Below are positions 42,351 to 51,956 of a stretch of 64,000 nucleotides of DNA, one piece after another (the first letter of the stretch is position 1; each line of letters opens with the position of its first letter). The notes below the pieces were generated by a model. The model saw nothing but the letters and a program-made list of their open reading frames with translations. It did not search any database and was not told where the DNA came from. Made by a program: the position numbers and the translations under genes. The stretch lies in NCBI GenBank assembly GCA_963701085.1, contig OY969561.1, positions 160,001 through 224,000 of the forward strand, written 5' to 3'. Origin of the DNA: an uncultured bacterium (GTDB lineage Bacteria > Babelota > Babeliae > Babelales > Vermiphilaceae).

Positions 42351-43358
42351 ATGATGCGTGTAGCAATTAATGGTTTTGGTAGAATTGGACGTAGTTTTTT
42401 GCGTTGTGTAGAACAAGATAAAAATTTACGTGACCGGATGGAAATTGTTGCCATTAATATTGGTAATTCACAGCCAGAATATGTAGCACACATGTTTAAA
42501 TACGATACGTTGATGGGATCATATCAAGGAGCAGTTTCTGTTGAACATGATGAATTAATTATCGATGGTCATCGTATAAAAATTCTTGCTGAGTTAGATC
42601 CAGAAAAATTACCATGGAATGCATTAAACATTGATTGGGTTGTTGATTGTTCAGGAAAATTTACGCATCGTGATGGTGCTCAAAAACATATTAAAGCTGG
42701 TGCACAGCGCGTATTAATTTCCGCTCCCGCGCACGATGAAGATGTTGCAATTATTCCTGGTGTAAATGAAGAACTGTTTAATCCCGAAAAGCATACCATT
42801 GTATCTTTGGGTAGTTGTACTACTAATGCATTTATGCCAACACTCAAAGTGATTGATGATGCATTTGGTATTGTGCGTGGCTGTATGACAACAACACATG
42901 CGTATACTAATTCACAAGTATTGTTGGATGTTGAAGCAAAAGATTTACGTTTTTCACGCGCGGCAGCACTCAATATTATTCCTGCTTCTACTGGTGCATC
43001 TGGTATGCTTGCAAAAATTTTACCACATCTAAAAGATAAAGTTTCTGCGGTTGCTATTCGCGTTCCTGTTGGCAAAGTGTCATTGATAGATTTGGTTTTT
43101 GAAACAAAAAAAGATCTATCAGTTGATGCAATTCATGATGCATTCAAGAATGCTGCGCAAGGAAAAATGAAAAATATTGCTGCGTTAACGATGGAACCAC
43201 TCGTTTCCAGTGATTTTAGCGGAGATCCCCATTCCGTTATTATTGATGGTCTTTTAACTAATACAAAAGGTACGATGGGACAAGTTTTTGGCTGGTATGA
43301 TAATGAATGGGGTTACAGTGTGCGTATGAAAGATTTTTTGATGTACGTGAATAAATAA
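42351..43358 (+). CDS. gap: Glyceraldehyde-3-phosphate dehydrogenase type I
   Basis: INGFGRIGR, SCTTN, WYDNEWGYS. Confidence 0.96.
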   Translation: MMRVAINGFGRIGRSFLRCVEQDKNLRDRMEIVAINIGNSQPEYVAHMFKYDTLMGSYQGAVSVEHDELIIDGHRIKILAELDPEKLPWNALNIDWVVDCSGKFTHRDGAQKHIKAGAQRVLISAPAHDEDVAIIPGVNEELFNPEKHTIVSLGSCTTNAFMPTLKVIDDAFGIVRGCMTTTHAYTNSQVLLDVEAKDLRFSRAAALNIIPASTGASGMLAKILPHLKDKVSAVAIRVPVGKVSLIDLVFETKKDLSVDAIHDAFKNAAQGKMKNIAALTMEPLVSSDFSGDPHSVIIDGLLTNTKGTMGQVFGWYDNEWGYSVRMKDFLMYVNK

Positions 43359-43372
43359 AATTTTTGTTTTAT

Positions 43373-43423
43373 AAAAGCCGGTAAGATTGCAATGTGTTTT
43401 TGTGCAATCTTACCGGCTTTTTT
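43373..43423. terminator. Bidirectional terminator
   Basis: aaaagccggtaagattgca...tgcaatcttaccggctttt. Confidence 0.85.
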
Positions 43424-43425
43424 AG

Positions 43426-44077
43426 TTATTTTTGGCCAGGCTGAGATTTTTTTGCTAATGCAGGATTAAAAGCTTTGTTCATTTGCTCAACAACCTCATC
43501 TTTAATTTTTCTTAATGCATCCCAATCATTTGTAGATGGCTGTAATACTTTGAGCTGATTAAGTATTTGCGTATATTCTTCTTGTGGCAACTCTTTTGGT
43601 TGTGGCTGTGGTTGAATGATTGGTTTTTCTTGTACAAGTTTTGGGACTTGTTTTATTTGTTCTTCTGCGGCAAATAGAATGTTGTTTAACGTTGAAAGAT
43701 CTGCAGAATCGGGTGACCTTTGTTTGAGTGCTTGCAATATATCTTTATATGTTTGCATGTCAGCTGCGTCTTTTATATCGAATATTTTTGCTCTCATACC
43801 ACGTTTATTTTGTTGTATGAGGTCTATTTGGTATTCAGCTTCCTCTTTAATACCTTTTAAAGGAAAAAAATTAGCAGACTCAGTAGGCTTTTTTCTTTTC
43901 GAGTAAAGAAAATATTTCTGAATAGGTTGGCATTGTGTCAAATATTGTTTGTTGTGGCTGTGGTTGTATTACCGGTTGTTTTATTGGTGTGGGTTCTATT
44001 TTTTTGAGACTTTTTGCGTTCACATCTCCGATGGTAAGCAATGCTACGATTGCTAATGTATTTATCAAAAACTTCAT
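43426..44077 (-). CDS. Secreted hypothetical protein with QP-rich linkers, split by an apparent frameshift near 43890
   Basis: Signal-peptide ORF 43880-44077 overlaps ORF 43426-43941; both contain P(V/I)IQPQPQ. Confidence 0.6.
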
Positions 44078-44259
44078 ACGAACTCCTTTTTTTAACTTTA
44101 ATCTAGTTTTTAATACCAGTTAATGGAGTTGAAGATCAAGAATTTGGTGAAATAGTTTTAAAAAAAGCTTCCTAGTATATTTATTTAGTTTTAGTATAAA
44201 CTTTCACTATTGGTTATAAAACTGCCATTAATAGCATGGGAATGATAAAAATGAGAGTG

Positions 44260-45147
44260 ATGGAAAAAAAGTATGAATTTATTGGGTTGATTTTTTTTGT
44301 GGTATTTTCAGTTGCTGCAAAAGAGAGTGAAAAGTGGGTTGAACATAAGGTAGAGATAGTCAAAGAAGGCAATTTTGCATTGCCACTTTCACAACAACCA
44401 GCGCCGTTGTTCAGTTTTGGGCAAAATCTTGTTGATAAACATGATTTGCTGGCATTTATATATCCATCGCAATTAAAAGGATCAAAATCAAATTTTATTG
44501 AAGTAGTGCCGTCTATTATTTATGGACTGACCGATAGAATGTCTTTATTTGTAGAATTACCAATTGTAGCAAAATTTAAGCATGAAGATACAAAATCGCA
44601 TGGTGTAGGTGATTTGGTTGTTCAATTGGAACAGATTATGTATGCACAAGAAACACCAACTTCAGTAAACGAAGTTACTGTTGTGGGTAATATAACGCTC
44701 CCGACCGGTTCAGCTACTAAAAATCCACCAACGGGATTAGGATCGCCATCGTTTTTTTTAGGAGTTACCTTGAGTCGTAGCAAGACAGATTGGTATTATT
44801 TTACGTCATTGGGAGGACATATAACGACTTTTCATAAACATAATAAGCCTGGTAATGAATTTTTATATCAATTTGGTGTTGGTAGGAATATTGCGTATAA
44901 GACAGATGGGTGGATTTTAAACTGGATGGTAGAATTAGATGGGATATATACCCATCGTGATATTGTATCAGAGGTAATTGATTGTAATAGTGGTGGGAAT
45001 ACACTCACATTAGGACCTTCTCTTTTTTTCTCCACGCGTCGGTTTGAAATAGATGCTGGTATTGCAGCGGTTGTTGCGCAACATTTATTTGGTAGTCAAA
45101 CTAAGGAACGCTATCTTGCTGGCTTCTATGCTGGTTGGAAGTTTTGA
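44260..45147 (+). CDS. Putative outer-membrane beta-barrel/transporter, paralog 1
   Basis: Signal peptide, amphipathic strands, LPTG, C-terminal YAGWKF. Confidence 0.7.
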   Translation: MEKKYEFIGLIFFVVFSVAAKESEKWVEHKVEIVKEGNFALPLSQQPAPLFSFGQNLVDKHDLLAFIYPSQLKGSKSNFIEVVPSIIYGLTDRMSLFVELPIVAKFKHEDTKSHGVGDLVVQLEQIMYAQETPTSVNEVTVVGNITLPTGSATKNPPTGLGSPSFFLGVTLSRSKTDWYYFTSLGGHITTFHKHNKPGNEFLYQFGVGRNIAYKTDGWILNWMVELDGIYTHRDIVSEVIDCNSGGNTLTLGPSLFFSTRRFEIDAGIAAVVAQHLFGSQTKERYLAGFYAGWKF

Positions 45148-45173
45148 GCCCCAATTACACGAGGATAAATAAG

Positions 45174-46070
45174 ATGAGTAATGGTGGTAGTTTGTATGTG
45201 TATGTTGTTCTGATTCTTTTTGCTGTGTGTTCTGCTACTGCAAAAGATAGTGAAAAATGGGTTAAAGAAAAAATAGAGCAGGTGCATGTTGGTAATTTTG
45301 CACTGCCTACATCTCAGCAGCCAGGACCATTAGTTGGTTTTGGTCAAAATATTATTGATAAAGGTGATTTGCAGCTGTTTGCGTATGGTGATCAATTAAA
45401 AGGAGCGCGGAAAAGTTTTGCAGAAGTTGCTCCTTCTTTATTGTATGGAATTACTGATAAATTTTCTTTGTTTATAGAGCAATCAGTTGCCGTAAAGTTT
45501 AAAAATGAGCAGTTTACATCGCATGGCTTGGAGGATTTGCTGGTACAACTTGAAGGTCTTATTTATGCACAAGAAACAACCGTAACAGTTAATGAAATTA
45601 CATTAGTTGGTAATATGACTTTTCCCACCGGTTCAGCTACCAAACAACCACCAACTGGTTTTGGTGCGCCAACATTTTTTTTAGGGTTTACGGTGAGTCG
45701 TACTAAACTAGATTGGTATTATTTTAGTGCCATGGGGGGGATAATAACAACATCACATCATAAGACTAAATTTGGTAAAGAATTTTTGTATCAGTTTGGC
45801 GTGAGTAAAAATATAGCATACAAAGCAGATAGATGGCTTTTGAATTGGATGGTTGAACTGGATGGTTTGTATAGGCAGCACAATAGAATACGCGGCATAG
45901 TTGATCGCAGTAGTGGTGGCAATACCATTGTTTTGGGACCTTCATTGTGGTTTTCTACGCAACGCTTTATTTTGCAAGGCGGGATATCGGCTGTTATTGC
46001 GGATCATCCATTTGGTACGCAGACTAAAAATAATTATTTTGCAGCAGCAAATGTTGGGTGGAAATTTTAA
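45174..46070 (+). CDS. Putative outer-membrane beta-barrel/transporter, paralog 2
   Basis: Colinear with paralog 1; ends NVGWKF. Confidence 0.7.
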   Translation: MSNGGSLYVYVVLILFAVCSATAKDSEKWVKEKIEQVHVGNFALPTSQQPGPLVGFGQNIIDKGDLQLFAYGDQLKGARKSFAEVAPSLLYGITDKFSLFIEQSVAVKFKNEQFTSHGLEDLLVQLEGLIYAQETTVTVNEITLVGNMTFPTGSATKQPPTGFGAPTFFLGFTVSRTKLDWYYFSAMGGIITTSHHKTKFGKEFLYQFGVSKNIAYKADRWLLNWMVELDGLYRQHNRIRGIVDRSSGGNTIVLGPSLWFSTQRFILQGGISAVIADHPFGTQTKNNYFAAANVGWKF

Positions 46071-46071
46071 A

Positions 46072-46116
46072 CCCTTCGATACATTTTTGCAGACAAAAAC
46101 ACTCAGGGCGAGCGGA
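46072..46116. repeat. Half-palindrome variant with an internal hairpin, right after a stop codon
   Basis: cccttcgatacatttttgcagacaaaaacactcagggcgagcgga. Confidence 0.8.
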
Positions 46117-46165
46117 AAAAATAAATAACTCACAAACCAAAAAAATATAATGATTTATGCTATAA

Positions 46166-46621
46166 TTATTTTTTCATGAATTGTTTATAGTAAGCCATTT
46201 TGTCTTCTTGAGTATTGTTTTGTAGTGGATATGTTTTCATTTCGCTTTTTTTATCATCCCAACTGTTTTCATTATCCCAATTAATTGGGATTGGACACCA
46301 TTTCTGATAGGCTTCTTTTCTGCCTTTTTGAGTATTATTATACGTTGGAGAAGTGATAATGTAGGTTCTGTGCTTGAAATTGTTTATTGTCGAGAGCCTT
46401 GTGTGCATGCAGAGTATAGAACTGTTAAGGGTGAGTAATGTTACAACATAGTATGATTTACTATAGTTATTTATTTTAATTTTTTTTCTTGCGCTCGTCC
46501 TGAACTTGTTGAAGGATTTCTTCGAGCGCTCGAGGATATCCTTCAACAAGTTCAGGACGAGCGCATTAAGAAATTTAATATTTTTCGACTTAAGAGATAG
46601 CTTCTTATTTTTGTGCTTCAC
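46166..46621 (-). CDS. Hypothetical protein whose N-terminus is read through a palindromic element (start uncertain)
   Basis: Element-derived ALVLNLLKDILERSKKSFNKFRTSA, then a hydrophobic stretch ending SILC-M. Confidence 0.45.
   Translation of the reverse strand: MKHKNKKLSLKSKNIKFLNALVLNLLKDILERSKKSFNKFRTSARKKIKINNYSKSYYVVTLLTLNSSILCMHTRLSTINNFKHRTYIITSPTYNNTQKGRKEAYQKWCPIPINWDNENSWDDKKSEMKTYPLQNNTQEDKMAYYKQFMKK
46491..46564. repeat. 74-bp palindromic element
   Basis: 27-bp perfect inverted arms gcgctcgtcctgaacttgttgaaggat around central tcgagcgctcga. Confidence 0.95.
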
Positions 46622-46698
46622 AAGCGCCGTTATTTGGTTTATTCTAATAATGCAGCTACGTATTTATCTACGTGCTTCTTGTTCATAAAAAAAGTGTG

Positions 46699-46775
46699 GG
46701 GCCTATAGCTCAGCTGGTCAGAGCAGTCGGCTCATAACCGAAAGGTCCCAGGTTCAAATCCTGGTGGGCCCACCA
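46699..46775 (+). tRNA. tRNA with CAT anticodon, most likely tRNA-Ile2 (lysidine) rather than Met
   Basis: GGGCCTA/TGGGCCC acceptor, AGCTCAGCTGG D-arm, CT-CAT-AA loop, GGTTCAAATCC, encoded CCA. Confidence 0.93.
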
Positions 46776-46804
46776 AACATTACAGAAGAGCAGTAAGGAA
46801 ATAC

Positions 46805-47524
46805 ATGAGTGATCATCCATTTCTACGATTTATCAATCTCGTCAATTTTGATCAAAAGCTCCAATCTCTTGAAAATGAAACAATTACTATTGCTACTGAA
46901 GTTGCCGCTCTCAAAAAGCAGCAACAAGATTATACGCGTGATCTTGATGATCTACATAAGCGTGTTTTCCAGTTAAAAAAACAAGTAGATGAACAAGAGT
47001 TGGAAATGAAAACTCTTGATCAAAAAGAAAAAGATAAAAAGAAACATCTTGAAAACGTCTCCGATTATAAAGAGTATCAAGCAATTAAGACAGAAGTTGA
47101 AGCAATTCAGCGATTGCAGATTGAACAAGAACAACTTGTTTTAGATGCATGGAATAAGCTTGAAAATGCAGAACTAGCTTTACAGAAAAAAACAGTAGAA
47201 AGTGTTGATCAGATAAAGCAATTGCAGGAACAAGTACAAGAACGTGATACAAAAGCAGTAAGTTTAGTTGCAGAGATCAATCGTTTGACGGCAGAGCGGG
47301 TAGAAAAAGAGGCACAGGTGCCTGCTGAATGGTTGCAAAAGTACATAATGATGCGTGCTCGTGTAACAGATCCTGTTGTTGAAATAGTTCATCAAAGTTG
47401 TAGTGCGTGCTCTCACATGATTACGAGCCAGGAAATGGTTCGTGCAAAGCATGGAGCTCTTATACAGTGCCAAAAATGTTATCGTCTTTTGTATGCACCA
47501 GAAATTATGGAAAAACATACATGA
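46805..47524 (+). CDS. Coiled-coil protein with C4 zinc ribbon (DUF164-like)
   Basis: Long coiled coil; CSAC...CQKCYRLLY. Confidence 0.88.
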   Translation: MSDHPFLRFINLVNFDQKLQSLENETITIATEVAALKKQQQDYTRDLDDLHKRVFQLKKQVDEQELEMKTLDQKEKDKKKHLENVSDYKEYQAIKTEVEAIQRLQIEQEQLVLDAWNKLENAELALQKKTVESVDQIKQLQEQVQERDTKAVSLVAEINRLTAERVEKEAQVPAEWLQKYIMMRARVTDPVVEIVHQSCSACSHMITSQEMVRAKHGALIQCQKCYRLLYAPEIMEKHT

Positions 47525-47985
47525 AAAAACCTTCCGTATGGACGCTGTTTGTAGATGGTGCATCGCGCAATAATCCGGGACCTTCTGGTGCCGGTATTTA
47601 TATTGAAAAAGATAATATATTGGAGATTAAAGAAGGTTATTATTTGGGTATAAAGACCAATAATCAGGCTGAATATTTGGCATTGATTTTTGGTCTTTTT
47701 ATTGTGCAAGAACATGTGCATAGCGGTGACACGGTGCGAATTATTTCTGATTCACAACTGCTTGTTCGTCAAGTGATGGGTGTGTATAAAGTTAGACAGC
47801 CACATTTGCAGCCCTTGCATGCGCTTTGTAAAATCATCATGCATAAGTTAGATGCTACTATTAATCATGTTTTGCGTGATGAAAATATGCAAGCAGATGC
47901 AATGGCTAATTATGGTGTTGATCGTAAAACAGTTCCCCCTAAACATTATATTGCATTATTGAAGCAGCATGACATTCTTCTCTAG
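47521..47985 (+). CDS. rnhA: Ribonuclease HI
   Basis: DGASRNNPG, TNNQAEY, DSQL, N..AD.MAN. Confidence 0.92.
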   Translation: MKKPSVWTLFVDGASRNNPGPSGAGIYIEKDNILEIKEGYYLGIKTNNQAEYLALIFGLFIVQEHVHSGDTVRIISDSQLLVRQVMGVYKVRQPHLQPLHALCKIIMHKLDATINHVLRDENMQADAMANYGVDRKTVPPKHYIALLKQHDILL

Positions 47986-49435
47986 ATTAGAACCTATTTT
48001 TAAACTAATTTTTTCCCGCGCTCGTCCTGAGCCTGTCGAAGGATATCCTCGAGCGCTCGAAGAAAACCCTTCAACAAGTTCAGGGCGAGCGCGGGAAGGA
48101 AATTTAGTATTTAGATATAGGATTTTATTTATCTTAATTTTGTTGGGAAACATATCTCTTGATGCCGCTCGCTGGCCATGGATAGTAACGTCTACAACGA
48201 GTCCATTGTCGGCAAAAAAATCTGTGGTGCGCTCTCGTGCAACGCTCAACAAAGCACGAACATCTGATATGTTGCATCATCTATTTCCCGGTGATGTTAT
48301 TTTTCAAGAATGTGTTCAACAAGATTCATTGGATGATATATGCGCACATGCACGCAAAAAACGGCACACTATTGTTCGTGTATTACTTGCTGAATGTGAT
48401 CTTGTTTCATCAGCCCAGTGGCATTTTACATCCCCCGAGGGTTTTACGGTACAGGCAATTAATAATGGTGATGATAAACCCAAAAAAATTCTTAAAGTTT
48501 CCAGTTTTGCTGTTGCGGTAAAATGTGGCTCTTTGTTTTGTAATGGTAAGCGATTAAAGCACGGAGTACGATTACGACCAGTAGGCGGACATGGAGAATT
48601 TAATGGAACTGCTTACGATGGTGATTTCTGTATAATTCAGCATAAAGATAATTTTTTATGTATAAATCAGGTTGAATTGGAAGATTATATTACTGCCGTT
48701 TTACGCACAGAAAGTTGGCCGGGATGGCCACTTGAAGTGAACAAAGTTTTTGCAATTGCTTGCCGTAGTTATGGTGCCTATAAAATACGAGAAGCAAAAC
48801 GCAGTGGACGACCGTATCATGTAAAAAATAGTAATGCGCATCAAACATATCAGGGTAGGCACGATATGCCGATACTTAAGGCTGCGGTTGAGCAAACAAG
48901 GGGTATAGTACTGGGTTTTGGGGGCGCACCTATTTTGGCAATGTTTGACTGCTGTTGTGGGGGGGTTATTCCAGCCCACATTGCTGATTTTGATTTTGCA
49001 AAAGTTCCTTATTTGGCTCGTACGTATGCATGTACACACTGTAAGGAGTCTTCACTTTATGTATGGAACGTATCGTATGAACTGGCAGCTTTTGAAGCAC
49101 TTTTAGCTCATTATAAGCACGAAATTACATGGTTGCATGATATTCATATTGTAAAAAAAGATAAGGCGGGCCTTGTTGCTGAAGTAAAACTCAAAGGGCC
49201 AAAAAAACATACAATTGTCTCCGGCAAGAAGCTCTATTCATTGCTTAAAGAAGTTAAATCCTTTCATTTTGATGTTCAAAAAAAGGCAGGAAAAATAGTT
49301 TTTACTGGTCGTGGATTTGGTCATCATCTTGGTTTATGCCAATGGGGTGCGCGTCAGATGGTCCGCGATGGGTGGGATTATAAGTCTATTCTGCGCTTTT
49401 ATTACCCCGGTGCTTATTTTATGCGTCTTACATAA
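47969..49435 (+). CDS. SpoIID/LytB-domain peptidoglycan hydrolase; N-terminus contains a palindromic element
   Basis: LEDYITAVL..E, HQTYQG, GRGFGHHLGLCQWGA, ILRFYYPG. Confidence 0.9.
   Translation: MTFFSRLEPIFKLIFSRARPEPVEGYPRALEENPSTSSGRAREGNLVFRYRILFILILLGNISLDAARWPWIVTSTTSPLSAKKSVVRSRATLNKARTSDMLHHLFPGDVIFQECVQQDSLDDICAHARKKRHTIVRVLLAECDLVSSAQWHFTSPEGFTVQAINNGDDKPKKILKVSSFAVAVKCGSLFCNGKRLKHGVRLRPVGGHGEFNGTAYDGDFCIIQHKDNFLCINQVELEDYITAVLRTESWPGWPLEVNKVFAIACRSYGAYKIREAKRSGRPYHVKNSNAHQTYQGRHDMPILKAAVEQTRGIVLGFGGAPILAMFDCCCGGVIPAHIADFDFAKVPYLARTYACTHCKESSLYVWNVSYELAAFEALLAHYKHEITWLHDIHIVKKDKAGLVAEVKLKGPKKHTIVSGKKLYSLLKEVKSFHFDVQKKAGKIVFTGRGFGHHLGLCQWGARQMVRDGWDYKSILRFYYPGAYFMRLT
48018..48092. 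repeat. 75-bp palindromic element, in frame in the SpoIID ORF
   Basis: Encodes RARPEPVEGYPRALEENPSTSSGRA; arms extend with ttccc/gggaa. Confidence 0.95.
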
Positions 49436-49532
49436 AATATCTAGCGCTTTCAAATAGAACTAATTGTGCTATACTTGGTAAATATAATGCAGGTAAAATA
49501 GTGAATAATTAATGACTAAGGGATATTAGTTC

Positions 49533-51781
49533 ATGGCTTTTTTTTATGTAATGGTGATGACGTTTGTAATGATTTTACCGTCAGTAAGTTGTGCTGTTGA
49601 ATCAGTAAAAATAGTTCCAACAGGTTTAGAGCGAGTTTTTGCAATGAGCGGGGAAGTTGCTGTTAAACAACAGGAGATGTTAGCAAAAGCTACCGCTGAA
49701 ACTAAAACGATTGTAGATGGCGCAACAAAAAAGATTGATTTTGTTCGCGGTCTGTTATTTGTTGATGTAACAACGCAACAAGAAGCTGCAAAAATAATGA
49801 GAACAATTATTAAGCAGAATTCCATTGCTGCTCAAGCGCAACAGAAATTAAAAAGGTTACGCGAGCGATTAGCACAGGAAAATGAAGCTGATGATGCGCA
49901 GGATAGTTATGTGAGTAGATTGGTATTGGCGGTAAAAGATGTGGGGCATGATTTGGTTGCTCCATTTAGGTATACAAAGAATGAAAAAAATATAGCGCAG
50001 CAGATTATCTTTGGGTTGATGCAGCAACAAGCAAAAATCATGGAAGACTACCAAGCTTTACCGCTTTTTAGCGTTAGTAACAAAACTCAGCTCAGAAAAT
50101 GTTATGAAACAGCCATTGCGCAGCTTGATGATGAAATATATCGGCAGCAGTGTATTACTGGTGAAAAAAAGAGTTTTAAAAAACAGGTGGCTTTGTTAGC
50201 TGGTGGCGCAGCGGTAGCAGCTGCAGCGGCTTTGCTTGCGCATAAATTTTTGCTGCCAGAATTTTTGGGTGCATCAACACCTGAAAATGGGATAGTGATA
50301 AATAATAATAATGAATTAAAAGATGTTGAGCAAAATAAATTTGAGCAAATCAGCGAACTATCTTCTGTTGGATCATCTATCGTTGAAGAAGAAGTTGTTG
50401 TGCAAGATGAACAAACCCGCGCTCGTCCTGAGCCTGTCGAAGGATATCCCCGAGCGCTCGAAGAAAACCCTTCAACAAGTTCAGGGCGAGCGCAGCGAGA
50501 ATTGAACGCAGTGTTTACTACTGAGCCTGTCGAAGTATCAGGGCGAGCGCAGGAAGAAATTAGTTTAGAGATAGATGCTAATACAGAATTAAATTTGGAT
50601 CAGCCAAATGTGGTAGATCAAGCAAAAGAAGAATTAGATGGAACAGAAGTTTCTCAAAAAGATCAAGATTCTCAAGAAATTGTAATACCTAATCAACCTG
50701 TGGAAAAGGGATATTTGGATATTGCTAAGGATACTATCCAGTATTATTTGGGGTTGGGAGATGTGCCTGAGGAGGTAACGGAAAATAAACCATCAGTTAC
50801 GCAAGTAGTGATGGATGAAACCCCAGGGCTTGATGTAGAAAAAACAGCAATTGAAATAGGACAGTGCCCACTGATTTAATTGAAAATGAATCAGTAATTG
50901 GATCTCCCCGCGCTCGTCCTGAGCCTGTCGAAGGATATCCACGAGCGCTCGAAGAAAACCCTTCAACAAGTTCAGGGCGAGCGCAGCGAGAATTGAACGC
51001 AGTGTTTACTACTGAGCCTGTCGAAGTATCAGGGCGAGCGCAGGAAGAAATTAGTTCAGAAGTAGGCCCTCTATTAGTAGACGAACAACCTGACGAAGAT
51101 ATTGTAATGCCTGAAGTAGTTGTACAACAAGAAGAACAACCTGAAAGTCAGCCAGAGCAACGAGAACAAGAAGAGTCTTTAAACGAGGACGCATTTAATT
51201 CAGCAATAGATGCAGACGGGAATCCGATCATACTTATGCCAACTATGCCTGCTGAACAGGATAATAAAGTGGACGATGTGCAACAAGCTGATGTCCCAAG
51301 TATAGCAATGTCTCTTAGGCAAGAGTTTGCCGCGGAGCAGGAAAAGTTAGACAATTTGAAGGCTGATTATGGGACGGGTTGGTGGACGAGTGTTACATTA
51401 GAAGAAAAAGAAGAGCAAGAAAAAAAAGTAGCACAAATAATTGAAAAAATAGTTGAGGAAGATGCTGCTTGGAATTGTGTGGTGAGTCAGCAACAAGATT
51501 TAAGAAATGCAGATATTATCCACAAGGCAGAGCTGTATCGCGTTGAGATGGATAGGTTAGAAGCAGAAGAAAAAATAGCGGAAAAAGAATATAATGCGGC
51601 GGTTGAAGCGCGAGATAAAAAATTAGAAAGTTCGTTCTTTCAAGCAAAGCAATTTTTGGGAATGCTTTTTGACAGAGGGGATTTGGAATATGAAGATTTA
51701 CAGCATAAAGTACAAATATCAGAATCTCGTTTGTGCGGCAAGAAGGCATTAAAAGATTGGCACATCAAAAATAAACCGTAA
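49533..51781 (+). CDS. Large secreted/membrane acidic coiled-coil protein split by an apparent frameshift near 50860; contains two element-derived 49-aa repeats
   Basis: ORFs 49533-50879 and 50864-51781 overlap and share composition and a repeat. Confidence 0.65.
50416..50565. repeat. 150-bp direct repeat copy 1 (75-bp palindrome at 50419-50493 plus tactactgagcctgtcgaagta module and a half arm)
   Basis: One mismatch versus 50907-51056. Confidence 0.95.
50907..51056. repeat. 150-bp direct repeat copy 2 (75-bp palindrome at 50910-50984)
   Basis: One mismatch versus 50416-50565. Confidence 0.95.
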
Positions 51782-51827
51782 AAACATGCATAACTTACTA
51801 TAGTTATTCGCTTCATGTATTTTTCCT

Positions 51828-51901
51828 GCGCTCGCCCTGAACCTGTTGAAGGGTTTCCCCGAGCGCTCGAAGATATCCTTCAACAAGTTCAGGACGAGCG
51901 C
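51828..51901. repeat. 74-bp palindromic element between convergent genes
   Basis: gcgctcgccctgaacctgttgaagg...ccttcaacaagttcaggacgagcgc. Confidence 0.95.
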
Positions 51902-51956
51902 GAGAAAAGATATAAATTTGGCAAGGCCATTTTTTTTGTTGCTATTTATCACTGTG

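Noticed and set aside
46699-46805. tRNA as an integration site for an island or prophage
   Set aside because: No integrase and no duplicated tRNA 3' end seen; downstream genes are housekeeping.
46491-51901. Palindromic repeats as a CRISPR array
   Set aside because: Irregular kb-scale spacing, 74-75 bp length, no unique spacers of constant size, and no cas genes.
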